From an uncultured Sulfuricella sp. (lineage in GTDB: Bacteria; Pseudomonadota; Gammaproteobacteria; Burkholderiales; Sulfuricellaceae), in the NCBI GenBank assembly GCA_947085875.1, contig CAMTYG010000024.1, positions 6,148 to 70,147 on the forward strand: a DNA stretch of 64,000 nucleotides, in the 5' to 3' direction. Under the pieces are notes generated by a model. It saw only the letters and a list, made by a program, of their open reading frames with translations, ran no database searches and was not told where the DNA came from. Position numbers and translations under genes: made by a program. The first letter of the stretch is position 1, and each line of letters opens with the position of its first letter. Shown here one piece after another: positions 41,401 through 51,023 of the stretch.

Positions 41401-42074
41401 TGGCCGATGCTGCACGGCAGGATGCCGATTTCATGCAGGTAGCCGCGCTCTACGCAGGCCACGCCGACTTCGACCCCAGCCAGCTCGTCGCCGAACTTGT
41501 ACTCAGCGAAGCCGTGCCCTTTCTTCCCGCGTTGCGCTACACCGACACCGGCCTGCGCAAGCGCTCCCAGTGGGAAGACACCTGGGCCTTGCAGCGGCGC
41601 GAAGATGCCGGTGAAGACGTCGGCAGCATTCCCGTTCCACCCAAGTACCAGAGCAAGGATTTCCTCAAAACCGACGTTTGGCGCCTGCGCGGCGGCCTGG
41701 ATGTGTCCAAGGAGCGCTGGGTCAGCTACCCCGGCTGCGAACGAGGCGCCGACGGCAGCCTGGTCATCGCCTGGGCCGGCTGGGACCCCCTGCAACAAGC
41801 CACCGCCATCGCCGGTTATTACCTCGATATGAAAGACAACGAAGGATGGCTGCCCGAGCGGCTGCAACCCCTGCTGGCCGGCCTGCTCGAACTGGTGCCC
41901 TGGCTCAAGCAGTGGCACAACAAGATCGACCCCACCTACGGCGAGCGCATGGGTGACTACTACGAAGGTTTTGTAGCCGAGGAAACTCGCGCCCTCGGCT
42001 ACACGCTGGATGACTTGCGGGCGTGGAAACCGGCAGTGACGACTGCACGGCGAGGGCGGCGGAGCGCGACATGA
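38496..42074 (+). CDS. pglX: BREX type 2 adenine methyltransferase PglX
   Basis: LYQDLSE..RKRYALLQTP, DPTCGSGHFL, VGNPPY, WRLRGGLDV.KER. Confidence 0.93.
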   Translation: MINAPQLLADLKRRLTLLDDDLRERINDVPELKTSLQGEWQAAREADRTAETFESWADQVITQAGVHWLLSCVFLRFIEDNTLVDRPWIGGTPDSGRLNLARDRHEAYFRAHQLESDREYLLDCFREAGRLPGLHTFFDETHNPVFRLGISGDAAMALRSFWQQQDPNTGALLHDFTDTTWNTRFLGDLYQDLSEATRKRYALLQTPEFVEEFILDRTLTPAIREFGYKEVRMIDPTCGSGHFLLGGFHRLVDEWSHAEPTRNRRDVAQKALDAVAGVDLNPFAVAISRFRLLVAALKVCDVHKLSEAPDFKIHVAIGDSLLHGPRFGQGQLELGGEAENLERGGLAHAFKSEDLTDINRILSQRYHAVVGNPPYITVKDSALSTAYRSRYRSCHRQYSLGVPFTERFFELAFPPSPAGGRGAGGEGAGYVGMITANSFMKAEFGKKLIEEFLPTVDLTHVVDARRASIPGHDTPTVILFGRNRPPLISTVRTVMGIKGESSTPADPAQGLVWRAIVDQVDVADSESDFVSVADTPRAAFEHHPWSIGGGGAYGLLELINESSNKRLGELTSAIGRTTHTGEDGVFLLHADCIRRLNLEEVAVPLVEGEGVRDYVVEYSLWTLFPYDKVTATIKTSFPDCLWRYLWRFRLLLKQRKDYGNFIEDRGLQWFEHSMFFAERYLVPLGITFPVVATHNHYVLDRGGKVFKQTAPLIKLPSGASEAEHLGLMGLLNSSVACFWMKQVCFPRGGVTGELWAERLNYNATTIAEFPLVKALPLDYAQTLDRFGQQLSATSAAKLFQHLLPTRASLGTAQFQNQSLRQQMIAIQEELDWRCYQLYNLTQTELTHRNPPEIVLGERAFEIVLARHIAAGTESTTWFERHGSKPITEIPNHWPEDYRHVVQLRINLIESDRNISLIERPEYKRRWNSPQWETLEKIALRDWLLARLESPHYWITSADQPPQLTSTSRLADAARQDADFMQVAALYAGHADFDPSQLVAELVLSEAVPFLPALRYTDTGLRKRSQWEDTWALQRREDAGEDVGSIPVPPKYQSKDFLKTDVWRLRGGLDVSKERWVSYPGCERGADGSLVIAWAGWDPLQQATAIAGYYLDMKDNEGWLPERLQPLLAGLLELVPWLKQWHNKIDPTYGERMGDYYEGFVAEETRALGYTLDDLRAWKPAVTTARRGRRSAT
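39737..39775. repeat. GC-rich palindromic element in frame inside pglX
   Basis: Perfect 12-bp inverted repeat CCCCTCTCCCGC-AG-GCGGGAGAGGGG plus CTGGGGGAGAGGG tail. Confidence 0.85.
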
Positions 42075-43150
42075 ACTCGTACAACCGAAACCTCCCATAC
42101 AACGACCTTCCACCGCTGCCACCTGCTGCTGAAGTGGAAACAACAGCGGTGCTCAAGAAGGCCATTTCTGCCAGCCGTGCGATGGCCGAGCTCAAGGGCA
42201 TGGCAGAACGCATGCCCAACCAGGCGATGCTGATCGACAGCCTGGTGCTGCAGGAAGCGCGGGCGTCGTCGGAAATCGAGAACATCCTGACCACCAACGA
42301 TGAGGTCTATAAGGCTGCGTCGGACGAAGCACTGCCCGCAAGCCCGGAAGCAAAAGAAGTGCTGCGCTACAGGCAAGCACTGAACCATGGGTTTCGGCAA
42401 ATCAAGACCCGCCCGCTCGCAACAGGCATGTTTGTCGAGATCGCGCAGCTCATCAAGGAATCGCAGTTCGATATCCGCCGTACACCGGGTACTCGGATTG
42501 CGAACGGCAAAGGTGAAACGATCTATACGCCTCCCGAGGGAGAATCGATCATTCGGGATAAGCTGCGTGAGCTTGAGAACTTCATGCACGCTGACGACCC
42601 TCTCGACGTGTTGGTGAAGATGGCGCTGATGCACTATCAGTTCGAAGCGATTCACCCCTTTCCTGATGGCAATGGGCGTACCGGCCGTATTTTGAACATC
42701 TTGTACCTGGTGGACAAGGGACTACTCAACCTGCCCGTGCTGTACCTGTCACGCTACATCATCGACCACAAGGCCGCTTACTACGAGGGACTACGGCGCG
42801 TGACCGAAGAAGGGGCGTGGCAAGATTGGGTACTCTACATGCTCGATGCGGTAGAGCAGACCTCAATGCGCACCCACGGACAAATCACAGACATCCTCGC
42901 GCTGATGGAATCCGTGCGCGAGCGGGTGCAGCGCGAGGCGCCGGGCATCTATAGCAAGGACCTGATCGAGCAGATTTTCAAGCAGCCCTACTGCAAGATT
43001 CAGTTTCTTGAGCGGGCGGGTATGGGCACCCGTCAAACCTGCGCCAAGTACCTGCGTGAGCTTGAGAAGATGGGCGTCTTGACGGGCCAGAAGGTCGGGC
43101 GTGAGGTCTATTTCATCAATAGCAGCTTGTTCACGCTGCTGACTCGGTGA
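42071..43150 (+). CDS. Fic-family AMPylase with N-terminal inhibitory motif
   Basis: HPFPDGNGRTGR, SSEIEN, C-terminal HTH-like region; ATGA overlap with pglX. Confidence 0.92.
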   Translation: MNSYNRNLPYNDLPPLPPAAEVETTAVLKKAISASRAMAELKGMAERMPNQAMLIDSLVLQEARASSEIENILTTNDEVYKAASDEALPASPEAKEVLRYRQALNHGFRQIKTRPLATGMFVEIAQLIKESQFDIRRTPGTRIANGKGETIYTPPEGESIIRDKLRELENFMHADDPLDVLVKMALMHYQFEAIHPFPDGNGRTGRILNILYLVDKGLLNLPVLYLSRYIIDHKAAYYEGLRRVTEEGAWQDWVLYMLDAVEQTSMRTHGQITDILALMESVRERVQREAPGIYSKDLIEQIFKQPYCKIQFLERAGMGTRQTCAKYLRELEKMGVLTGQKVGREVYFINSSLFTLLTR

Positions 43151-43184
43151 CATGGAATTGACAACACAAACGCCAATTGAATCA

Positions 43185-43250
43185 CAACATGTTAAATTTT
43201 GATACGTGTTTTTAACATGTTGCCCGGATACGTACAAGCAACCAACATGT
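43185..43250. promoter_or_regulatory. Operator-like inverted repeat between fic and pglY
   Basis: CAACATGTTAAA-N14-TTTAACATGTTG and a third CAACATGT at 43243. Confidence 0.45.
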
Positions 43251-43288
43251 CGCGTCGTATGCGGCGAATAACAGGGATATAAACAATC

Positions 43289-46200
43289 ATGACCTTGCTG
43301 AAAGACCTGATCAACATTCCGGAGCGGGTGCACCAGGGTGACTTTGTGCTCAAGCTGTCAGAGGGGGTGACCCACGCCGAAGCGACCCTGCGCGATTACG
43401 TGGTGACGCCGCAGCTGGTGGACAGCTTTGATAACGCCTTGGGCTTCATCAAGCAATCGGTTGAGTCGGGCGGCAGCAAGGCCGCATACCTGCATGGCAG
43501 TTTTGGCTCGGGTAAGTCGCACTTCATGGCAGTGCTTAATCTCCTGTTGGCGGGCAACACTCAGGCGCGGTCGATCCCCGAGCTGGCCAACATCGTGGCC
43601 AAACATGGCTGGACGCATGGCAAGAAATTCTTGCTGGTGCCCTACCACATGATCGGCGCGAGGGACATGGAGAGCGGCATCCTCGGACAATACGCCGATT
43701 TCGTGCGTCGGCTGCACCCAGAAGCGCCGGTACCGGGTTTCTACCTGGCCGAGGGCCTTTTTGCTGACGCCAGTCGCATGCGTGAGCAGATCGGTGATGC
43801 TGCCTTTTTTGCCAAGCTCAATGAAGGTAGCGCTGAGGGCGCGCGTGGCAATGACAGCGACACGGGTGGCTGGGGCGACATGGATTCCGGCTGGGATGCG
43901 GCCAGCTTTGACGCTGCGACGTTGGAGGCGCCCAATGATGAAGAACGGTCTCGCCTGGTAGGCGACCTGATCAGTCAGTTTTTTTCCGCATACAGCACTC
44001 TGGCCGTTGGGGGCGAATCGTTTGTGTCTCTGGACGATGGTCTGAGCATCATGACCCGTCATGCACAATCCTTGGGGTACGACGCAGTTATTCTGTTCCT
44101 CGATGAATTGATTTTATGGCTGGCCAGCCATGCGGCAGACGTAAGTTTTATGAGTCGCGAGGGTACCAAACTGGTGAAGCTGGTAGAGTCGACCAATGCC
44201 GACCGGGCCATTCCACTGATCAGCTTTGTCGCCAGGCAGCGTGACTTGCGCGATTTGGTTGGGGAAAACATGGCGGGCTCGGTGCAAACGCAATTCAGCG
44301 ACGCGTTGCGCCACTGGGAAGCACGCTTCCACCGAATCACGCTGGATGATCGGAATCTGCCAGCCATTGCAGAAAAGCGGGTGTTGCGACCCATCGATGA
44401 GGCCGCACGGCTAACCTTGCAGACCGCGTTTGAGGAGATTTTAAGGGTCCGCCGGGACGTGCTTGACACGCTGTTGACGACCTCAGCCGACCGGGACATG
44501 TTCCAGAAGGTCTATCCCTTTTCGCCCGCATTGGTGCAAACGCTAATCGCCGTGTCTGCTGCGCTGCAGCGCGAACGGACGGCCCTGAAGTTGATGATGC
44601 AGCTATTGGTGGACCGGCGCGATGACCTGGAGTTAGGTCAGTTGATCCCGGTCGGCGATTTGTATGACGCGATCAGCGAAGGCGATGAGCCGTTTTCCGA
44701 AGGTATGCGTTTGCATTTTGACAATGCCAAGCGCTTGTACTCCCAACGGCTGTTGCCTATGCTGGAGCGCCAGCATAATGTGACATTGGAGTCGATCAAG
44801 CTCGGTCAGGCGGACCCTGTCGCAGCAAAGAACCTGCGTAACGATGCACGTATTCTCAAGACGTTATTGCTGGGTGCATTGGTGCCCGAAGTGGAATCCC
44901 TCAAGGGTTTGACAGCTCAGCGGCTGGCCGCATTGAACCACGGCACCTTCAAGTCTCCAATCCCTGGTCGGGAAGCGCAGGACGTGCTGCGCAAATGTCG
45001 AGATTGGGCTTCGGAGATCGGCGAGATCAAGATCACCGAAGATCAGAACCCGGTGGTGTCGATCCAGGTGACAGGGGTGGACATCGAGCCCATCCTGCGG
45101 GCAGCGGCAGCTAATGACAATGCCGGTAACCGGCGCAAGAAGATTCGGGAATCGCTGTTTGCCGAATTGGACATTCCCGACGACGGCGTCTTGTTCACCA
45201 GATACGAATTCACTTGGCGAGGTACCCACCGTGAGGTAGAACTACTGTACGAAAACGTGCGTGAAATGACCGACGACCGTTTGCGAGGCCGATCAGGTGC
45301 ATGGACCGTGGTGCTCGATTTTCCCTTTGACGAACCCAACCGCAGTTCCGCCGACGACATCGCCCGCCTGGCGGACTACCAGGGTGGCGACACTAAAACG
45401 TTGGTGTGGCTACCTTCGTTTTTTAGCAACAAGGCTCTCGCCGACTTGGGACGCCTCGTGGTGTTGGACCACATTCTTTCGGGTGACCGATTTGAAAGTT
45501 ACGCTTCCCACCTGAGCTACGTGGATCGAGTGCAGGCCAAAGCCTTAGCCAAGAATCAATTGGATCAATTGCGGATTAAACTGCGCAGCCAGCTGGAAGT
45601 GGCTTTTGGCATCAGCGCAGAGCCAAATGATGCGGTGACCAATGCACTTACCGCTGACCAACAGTTTCAGTCTTTGGATCCAACCCTTTCACCGAGGCCG
45701 CCTGTAGGTGCAAACTTTAAAGACGCTTTCGAAGCACTTCTGGGACAGCTTTTTGCGCACCAGTACCCCGCCCATCCAGAGTTCGACACAGAGATCAAAC
45801 CTGCCGTTATTCGTAAAATTTGGCCTGAGGTGCAGCGCGCCATCGAAGCGACGGACCATCGTGGACTCGTACAGGATCCCGCCACACGAAGGTTGGTTCG
45901 CTCTATCGTGAACCCCTGCCATTTGGGTCAAATGGGTGAGACTCACCTGCTGGTCGAGGACCATTGGCGTTCCCGCTTTGCACAAAGCCATGCGCGCGAT
46001 GGAGGTGGCACGATGACTGTGGCGCAATTGCGTCGCTGGATCGACATGCCTAACTCCATGGGACTGCCGTTGGAATTGCAAAACCTTATTATCTTAAGTT
46101 TTGCGGCCCTCACAAACCGCCGCTTCATTTTGCACGGCGGTCCAGTAGAACCCACCACCGACAGCCTGGCCGACGAGCTTGAGTTGCGAGAACAGGCCCT

Positions 46201-47011
46201 GCCGGATGCTACCCATTGGGCAACTGCGGTGAGCCGCGCCGCCAGCCTGTTTGGCCTGACGGTTCCGCAAACACTCAATGCTGGAAATGTTGGCCGCCTG
46301 GTTGATGATGTTCGCCGCGAGGCCGGTGCCAAACGTGAAGCGGTAAGCAAACTGGTAGTGGCCGTGCGAGACCGTGCCACACGCTACGGTGCTTCAATGG
46401 AAGGGCGTGTACGCACCTGTGAATCGGCTCAGTCGCTGCTTGCTGTGCTCCAGGCAGCAACCGACGCTGATCTGGTACAAGCGCTGGCCAACGCACCCAT
46501 CGAAACCTCTGAAGCGGCGGTGGGTCGCAGTATGGGGCAAGCACAAAACGTGGCCGACGCGTTGAACAACGCAAAATGGAATATTTTCGATGCCATGCGG
46601 GACCTGCAAGACCACCGTCAGGCAGCAGCAGCTTCGATCCTGAGCCGCTTGACCGAAGCGCTGGGCAGCGAAGAACACGTTATCCCTCTGAAGCCGAAGC
46701 TTGAGGAACTTGACCGGGACGCGGTTCGTTTGCTGACTGTTGCGGCGCCAGCGCCGTTGCCTGCTGATACTGCGCTTACGCCACCTGGAACCTCACCGCT
46801 GCCCATGCCAGAAGCACCAGCCCCAGAGTCCTTTTCCGTCACTGGAGCTCCGCCTGCGATGCCCATCCTTGTGGAGGAAGCTCAAAAGGTTGACCTCGAC
46901 ACCGAAGCGGCAGCTTCGGTGCTGAAAACCCTACAAGATCGCCTGCAAAATGACCATGAGCTGGAGCTGAGTTTGAGCTGGCGGCTGTCGCGTCGGAGCT
47001 CACCGTCGTGA
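43289..47011 (+). CDS. pglY: BREX type 2 ATPase PglY
   Basis: DFVLKL, YLHGSFGSGKSHFM, LFLDELILWL, YPFSPALV. Confidence 0.92.
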   Translation: MTLLKDLINIPERVHQGDFVLKLSEGVTHAEATLRDYVVTPQLVDSFDNALGFIKQSVESGGSKAAYLHGSFGSGKSHFMAVLNLLLAGNTQARSIPELANIVAKHGWTHGKKFLLVPYHMIGARDMESGILGQYADFVRRLHPEAPVPGFYLAEGLFADASRMREQIGDAAFFAKLNEGSAEGARGNDSDTGGWGDMDSGWDAASFDAATLEAPNDEERSRLVGDLISQFFSAYSTLAVGGESFVSLDDGLSIMTRHAQSLGYDAVILFLDELILWLASHAADVSFMSREGTKLVKLVESTNADRAIPLISFVARQRDLRDLVGENMAGSVQTQFSDALRHWEARFHRITLDDRNLPAIAEKRVLRPIDEAARLTLQTAFEEILRVRRDVLDTLLTTSADRDMFQKVYPFSPALVQTLIAVSAALQRERTALKLMMQLLVDRRDDLELGQLIPVGDLYDAISEGDEPFSEGMRLHFDNAKRLYSQRLLPMLERQHNVTLESIKLGQADPVAAKNLRNDARILKTLLLGALVPEVESLKGLTAQRLAALNHGTFKSPIPGREAQDVLRKCRDWASEIGEIKITEDQNPVVSIQVTGVDIEPILRAAAANDNAGNRRKKIRESLFAELDIPDDGVLFTRYEFTWRGTHREVELLYENVREMTDDRLRGRSGAWTVVLDFPFDEPNRSSADDIARLADYQGGDTKTLVWLPSFFSNKALADLGRLVVLDHILSGDRFESYASHLSYVDRVQAKALAKNQLDQLRIKLRSQLEVAFGISAEPNDAVTNALTADQQFQSLDPTLSPRPPVGANFKDAFEALLGQLFAHQYPAHPEFDTEIKPAVIRKIWPEVQRAIEATDHRGLVQDPATRRLVRSIVNPCHLGQMGETHLLVEDHWRSRFAQSHARDGGGTMTVAQLRRWIDMPNSMGLPLELQNLIILSFAALTNRRFILHGGPVEPTTDSLADELELREQALPDATHWATAVSRAASLFGLTVPQTLNAGNVGRLVDDVRREAGAKREAVSKLVVAVRDRATRYGASMEGRVRTCESAQSLLAVLQAATDADLVQALANAPIETSEAAVGRSMGQAQNVADALNNAKWNIFDAMRDLQDHRQAAAASILSRLTEALGSEEHVIPLKPKLEELDRDAVRLLTVAAPAPLPADTALTPPGTSPLPMPEAPAPESFSVTGAPPAMPILVEEAQKVDLDTEAAASVLKTLQDRLQNDHELELSLSWRLSRRSSPS

Positions 47012-49716
47012 CTATTTCGGTGCCCCAAATTACCGCACAACTCGATGCGGTGCTGGCGCGTGAGCCGACCGCATTGGCCGTCGCGATTCGTTCTGCCACC
47101 AAGCAGGATTGGCCTGACGCCGTCACGCAGCGTGGGCGCCGATTTTCCTTGCGCTGGTGTGACTCCATGCTGGCGATGCGCGAAGCACTTTGCGATGTTG
47201 AGCAAGCCGATGCGGCCAACGCTGGCTTGGTGGTGCTGACACCATTGGGTTCGCACGAGATTGCTGAAGACATCGCTGCGCGCCTGGCACGAGGACGAGT
47301 CTTTCAACCGGGAGGCTGGGAAATCGTACGGCAGCTCTTTAGCGCTAAAGAAGTGGATGCCCGCTTGGGTCGTTTCTCGTGGATGCCCCAGGTGCTGATG
47401 GACGGTGCAGCCCAAGGCTCGTACACACCCGTTGCGAACGGCTTTCTTGACCTGGAAACCGCCTGGAAAGAGTTGCTTCAGCGCTTCTTGCAATTGGAGG
47501 TGTCACGACCTGATGCAACCACTCTTCTTAGATGGACGATGCAGCCCAGCGCCGATGTCTCGCTCAACCTGCTACCGGCTAGCGCACGGACCGATGCCCT
47601 GCGCTGGTTGGGCGAATCGGCAGGTACTGCAGGCAGTATGGTGTTGGCCTGCGTGGAAGCAGGCCGCACTGGCGACGCGATGGCGCTGGGTTTGGTTTGC
47701 GGGGTTCTGTATGCCCCTGCAGGAGAAGGCCAGGCAGCCTTGGGGCATGCCACGATCAGGCTTGAACGGTTTGTGAATGATGTCCACGTTGGAGTGGCCG
47801 AAGGGCGCGCTTGGGCTGCGGCGGCGTGTCAGTTGGTTCGTGATGGCGGCGTGGATGTGTACCGGCCCGCATTGGACCGAGCGGATGCCTTGTTGAACGA
47901 CTTACGCGTGGCCGAGTTCGCCCACCTGAGCGATGTTTTGCCTACGGGCTTCGACCAGCGCATGAGATCATTCGCGGCGCTCCTGTCTCTGCATGTGCAG
48001 GCTCCCACGGATGAATCCTTGACCTCCGTTGAGGAGGCTGCCAATCGAGTCCTGACCCATGTACTGGCTGACTCCCAGCCTCAGCGGAAAGACCGAGTAG
48101 AAATGGCCAGGCGCATGGCGCGCTGGCTGGTGCGGCCCAGAACAACCGCCACGACGGTGGCCGATTTCGTGTGCTGGCAAGCCGACGAAGGTGCGTTCGT
48201 TGACTGGGCTCGTTTCAGGTTGCTGGGTGGAGATGAACTGGAGGAGGTGTCGCTCGCATACGGGGCTATCCGGACTAGTGTCATCGCACGTCGCAATGCA
48301 TTAGGACAGCAATTTTCATTGGCTTTGCAGCGCTGGAATGTGCAGGCACCAGGGGTCGATGGCCGCACCATTCCTCTGGAGTCGGTGCTCGACAGCGTGG
48401 TGGCACCCTTGGCCGCGCACCAGCCTGTACTTTTGCTGGTAGTTGATGGCTTGAGCACCAGTATTTTCCGAGAGCTTTTTGCACGCACGGAGCGCCTGGG
48501 TTGGGCCGAAATGGTTCCTGCCTCCTTGGCTCGGCCTTTAGTAGGTGTGGCGGCATTCCCGACTGTCACCGAAGTGAGCCGGGCAACATTGCTTTGCGGA
48601 AAGCTTACGACGGGCACGTCCTCACTTGAGAAGACAGGATTTTCAACCCATGCGGCCCTGCTGGCCCAGTCACGCGCCGATGCGCCGCCCAAACTATTTC
48701 ACAAGGGCGATCTGAGTGAATCGACGAACCTGTCAAACGAAGTCAGGTCGGCCATTGCCAACCCGCAACAACGTGTGGTCGGCCTCGTTTACAACGCAGT
48801 GGACGACCATCTCAGCGGGCCAGACCAATTGCACCAACGATGGAACCTGGAAGATCTGCGGTTATTCCTGCCGATCCTGCGCGAAGCACGGGAAGCACGC
48901 CGCGTGGTCATCATCACGGCTGATCACGGACATATGCTCGAGGACGGAACCACGCAAACTACCGGTGGCGAAAGCGACCGATGGCGTGTTGGCAACGATA
49001 CCGTAAACAACAACGAGATTGTTTTGACGGGTGGACGTGTTCGAACCTCTAGCGGTGCAACGTCAGTGGTATGTCTGTGGAGCGAAAGCGTCAGGTACGC
49101 GGGCCGCAAAAATGGTTACCACGGTGGGGTTTCTCCTCAAGAGGTGACCGTGCCTTTGAGTGTGTTGGTACCGTTTGGCATGGCACTGCCTGAATGGCAG
49201 CCAGCATTGCCAGCCCAGCCGGAATGGTGGGATCTGCCCAACCCGGCAATCTCGCAAATGGAGGCGTCCCAACAGGGTCCGTTGTCACGAACAGTGCCAC
49301 GTCGGCCAGCACCGCCACCTATTGGACAGCAGCAGCTATTTGAAACGACCATGGCAGCAACTCCAGCAGCATCGCCCGCACAAACAGAAGACTGGATCGA
49401 TACCCTCTTGCAAAGCCAGGTGTATGCATCTCAGCGTTCGTTGGCGGCGCGTGTGGCACCACCCGATGAACAAATGCGCAAGTTGCTGACAGCACTGGCC
49501 GAGCGAGGCGGAAAACTTTCTCGCGCAGCCCTTGCCCAGAGGCTCTCTGTGCCAGAAATACGATTGAACGGGATGCTGAGCGCCGTTCGGCGGGTCTTGA
49601 ATGTGGACCAAGCCACGGTGTTGTTGGTAGATGAGTCTGCTGGCACTGTTGAGCTGAACCGGACTTTGCTGCTTCAGCAATTCCGCATCGCTAATACTAC
49701 CGGAGGCGGTCGATGA
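47008..49716 (+). CDS. pglZ: BREX type 2 PglZ
   Basis: LLVVDGLS, PTVTEVSR, NAVDD, TADHGH, GYHGG. Confidence 0.92.
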   Translation: MTISVPQITAQLDAVLAREPTALAVAIRSATKQDWPDAVTQRGRRFSLRWCDSMLAMREALCDVEQADAANAGLVVLTPLGSHEIAEDIAARLARGRVFQPGGWEIVRQLFSAKEVDARLGRFSWMPQVLMDGAAQGSYTPVANGFLDLETAWKELLQRFLQLEVSRPDATTLLRWTMQPSADVSLNLLPASARTDALRWLGESAGTAGSMVLACVEAGRTGDAMALGLVCGVLYAPAGEGQAALGHATIRLERFVNDVHVGVAEGRAWAAAACQLVRDGGVDVYRPALDRADALLNDLRVAEFAHLSDVLPTGFDQRMRSFAALLSLHVQAPTDESLTSVEEAANRVLTHVLADSQPQRKDRVEMARRMARWLVRPRTTATTVADFVCWQADEGAFVDWARFRLLGGDELEEVSLAYGAIRTSVIARRNALGQQFSLALQRWNVQAPGVDGRTIPLESVLDSVVAPLAAHQPVLLLVVDGLSTSIFRELFARTERLGWAEMVPASLARPLVGVAAFPTVTEVSRATLLCGKLTTGTSSLEKTGFSTHAALLAQSRADAPPKLFHKGDLSESTNLSNEVRSAIANPQQRVVGLVYNAVDDHLSGPDQLHQRWNLEDLRLFLPILREAREARRVVIITADHGHMLEDGTTQTTGGESDRWRVGNDTVNNNEIVLTGGRVRTSSGATSVVCLWSESVRYAGRKNGYHGGVSPQEVTVPLSVLVPFGMALPEWQPALPAQPEWWDLPNPAISQMEASQQGPLSRTVPRRPAPPPIGQQQLFETTMAATPAASPAQTEDWIDTLLQSQVYASQRSLAARVAPPDEQMRKLLTALAERGGKLSRAALAQRLSVPEIRLNGMLSAVRRVLNVDQATVLLVDESAGTVELNRTLLLQQFRIANTTGGGR

Positions 49717-51023
49717 TAAGCGCCGCAAGACGAGATGACATCGTCGGCGCCTTGCGACGCGGCACGGTTCCAAGCGCCGGGCTGGACGCACTCGCAGTGG
49801 GCATCGACGCTTTCGCGCCCACTCTGGACGAAGAGCTTGCCACGGTCTCTAGTGGACGCGGTGGGTTCAAGGCGGTGCGAGGGGAGTACGGGACCGGCAA
49901 AACATTTTTTGGCCGATGGCTCCAGGAACGCGCACGTGCGAAAGGATTTGCCACCAGCGAAGTGCAGATCAACGAAACTGAAACACCTTTGCATCGACTT
50001 GAGACGATCTACCGTCGGCTGGTAGAGCGACTCGGTACTGCGGACAGCAACAGCGGCGCATTTCGCAGTGTGATTGATGGATGGTTTTTTGCTTTGGAAC
50101 AGGATGTTCTAGCCGACGGGTCGGTGGGCACTGATGACGCAAATGCACTGCTGGAGCGAACCGAAGCGCTGATGGAAGCCCAATTGGCGACCATCAGCAA
50201 GACCGCGCCGGCCTTCTCAGCCGTTCTGCGAACTTACCGCCGAGCATTAGCCGATGGGAACAATCAGCTTGCGGAAGGGTTGATCAGCTGGCTTGCAGGC
50301 CAACCCAATGTCGCAGCCAGCGTGAAGCGCGCGGCAGGCATCAAAGGTGAATTGGACCACTTTGGGGCAGCCAACTTCCTGATTGGCTTGTTGACCATCC
50401 TGCGCGACAGCGGCTTCCCAGGCTTGGTGTTAGTGCTTGACGAGGTGGAAACGCTCCAGCGCATGCGTGCCGATACGCGAGAGCGTGGGTTGAATGCGCT
50501 GCGCCAGCTGATCGATGAAATTGATGCGGGACGCTTTCCTGGCTTGTACCTCGTCATTACTGGGACACCTGCATTTTTTGATGGCGCCCAAGGTGTGCAG
50601 CGGCTTGCGCCTTTGGCGCAACGCCTGCATGTGGATTTTGGCACCGACCGACGGTTTGATAACCCACGGGCCGTACAGATTCGCCTGGCACCCTTCGACC
50701 AAGGTTCGTTGGTGGCTGTGGGTAAGCGGGTACGCGACATTTACGCGGAAATGCAGCCTACCGAGAGCCGTTTGCGTGCTTTGGTCAATGATGCCTATAT
50801 TGAAACCTTGGCCCGCGCAGTGGCTGGCGGACTGGGAGGCAAAGTGGGAGTGGCCCCACGTCTATTTCTCAAGAAACTGGTTGCCGATGTGCTAGATCGG
50901 GTGGATTTACATGAAGACTTTGACCCGCGCCAGCATTACAAACTCACGCTGGCAGAAAACGAGATGACGACCAATGAGCGGGCCGCCGCCGGAGCCATCG
51001 GCGTGGATGACATCGAGCTGTGA
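49713..51023 (+). CDS. brxD: BREX ATP-binding protein BrxD
   Basis: ALRRGTVP, GEYGTGKT, VLDEVE. Confidence 0.92.
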   Translation: MISAARRDDIVGALRRGTVPSAGLDALAVGIDAFAPTLDEELATVSSGRGGFKAVRGEYGTGKTFFGRWLQERARAKGFATSEVQINETETPLHRLETIYRRLVERLGTADSNSGAFRSVIDGWFFALEQDVLADGSVGTDDANALLERTEALMEAQLATISKTAPAFSAVLRTYRRALADGNNQLAEGLISWLAGQPNVAASVKRAAGIKGELDHFGAANFLIGLLTILRDSGFPGLVLVLDEVETLQRMRADTRERGLNALRQLIDEIDAGRFPGLYLVITGTPAFFDGAQGVQRLAPLAQRLHVDFGTDRRFDNPRAVQIRLAPFDQGSLVAVGKRVRDIYAEMQPTESRLRALVNDAYIETLARAVAGGLGGKVGVAPRLFLKKLVADVLDRVDLHEDFDPRQHYKLTLAENEMTTNERAAAGAIGVDDIEL

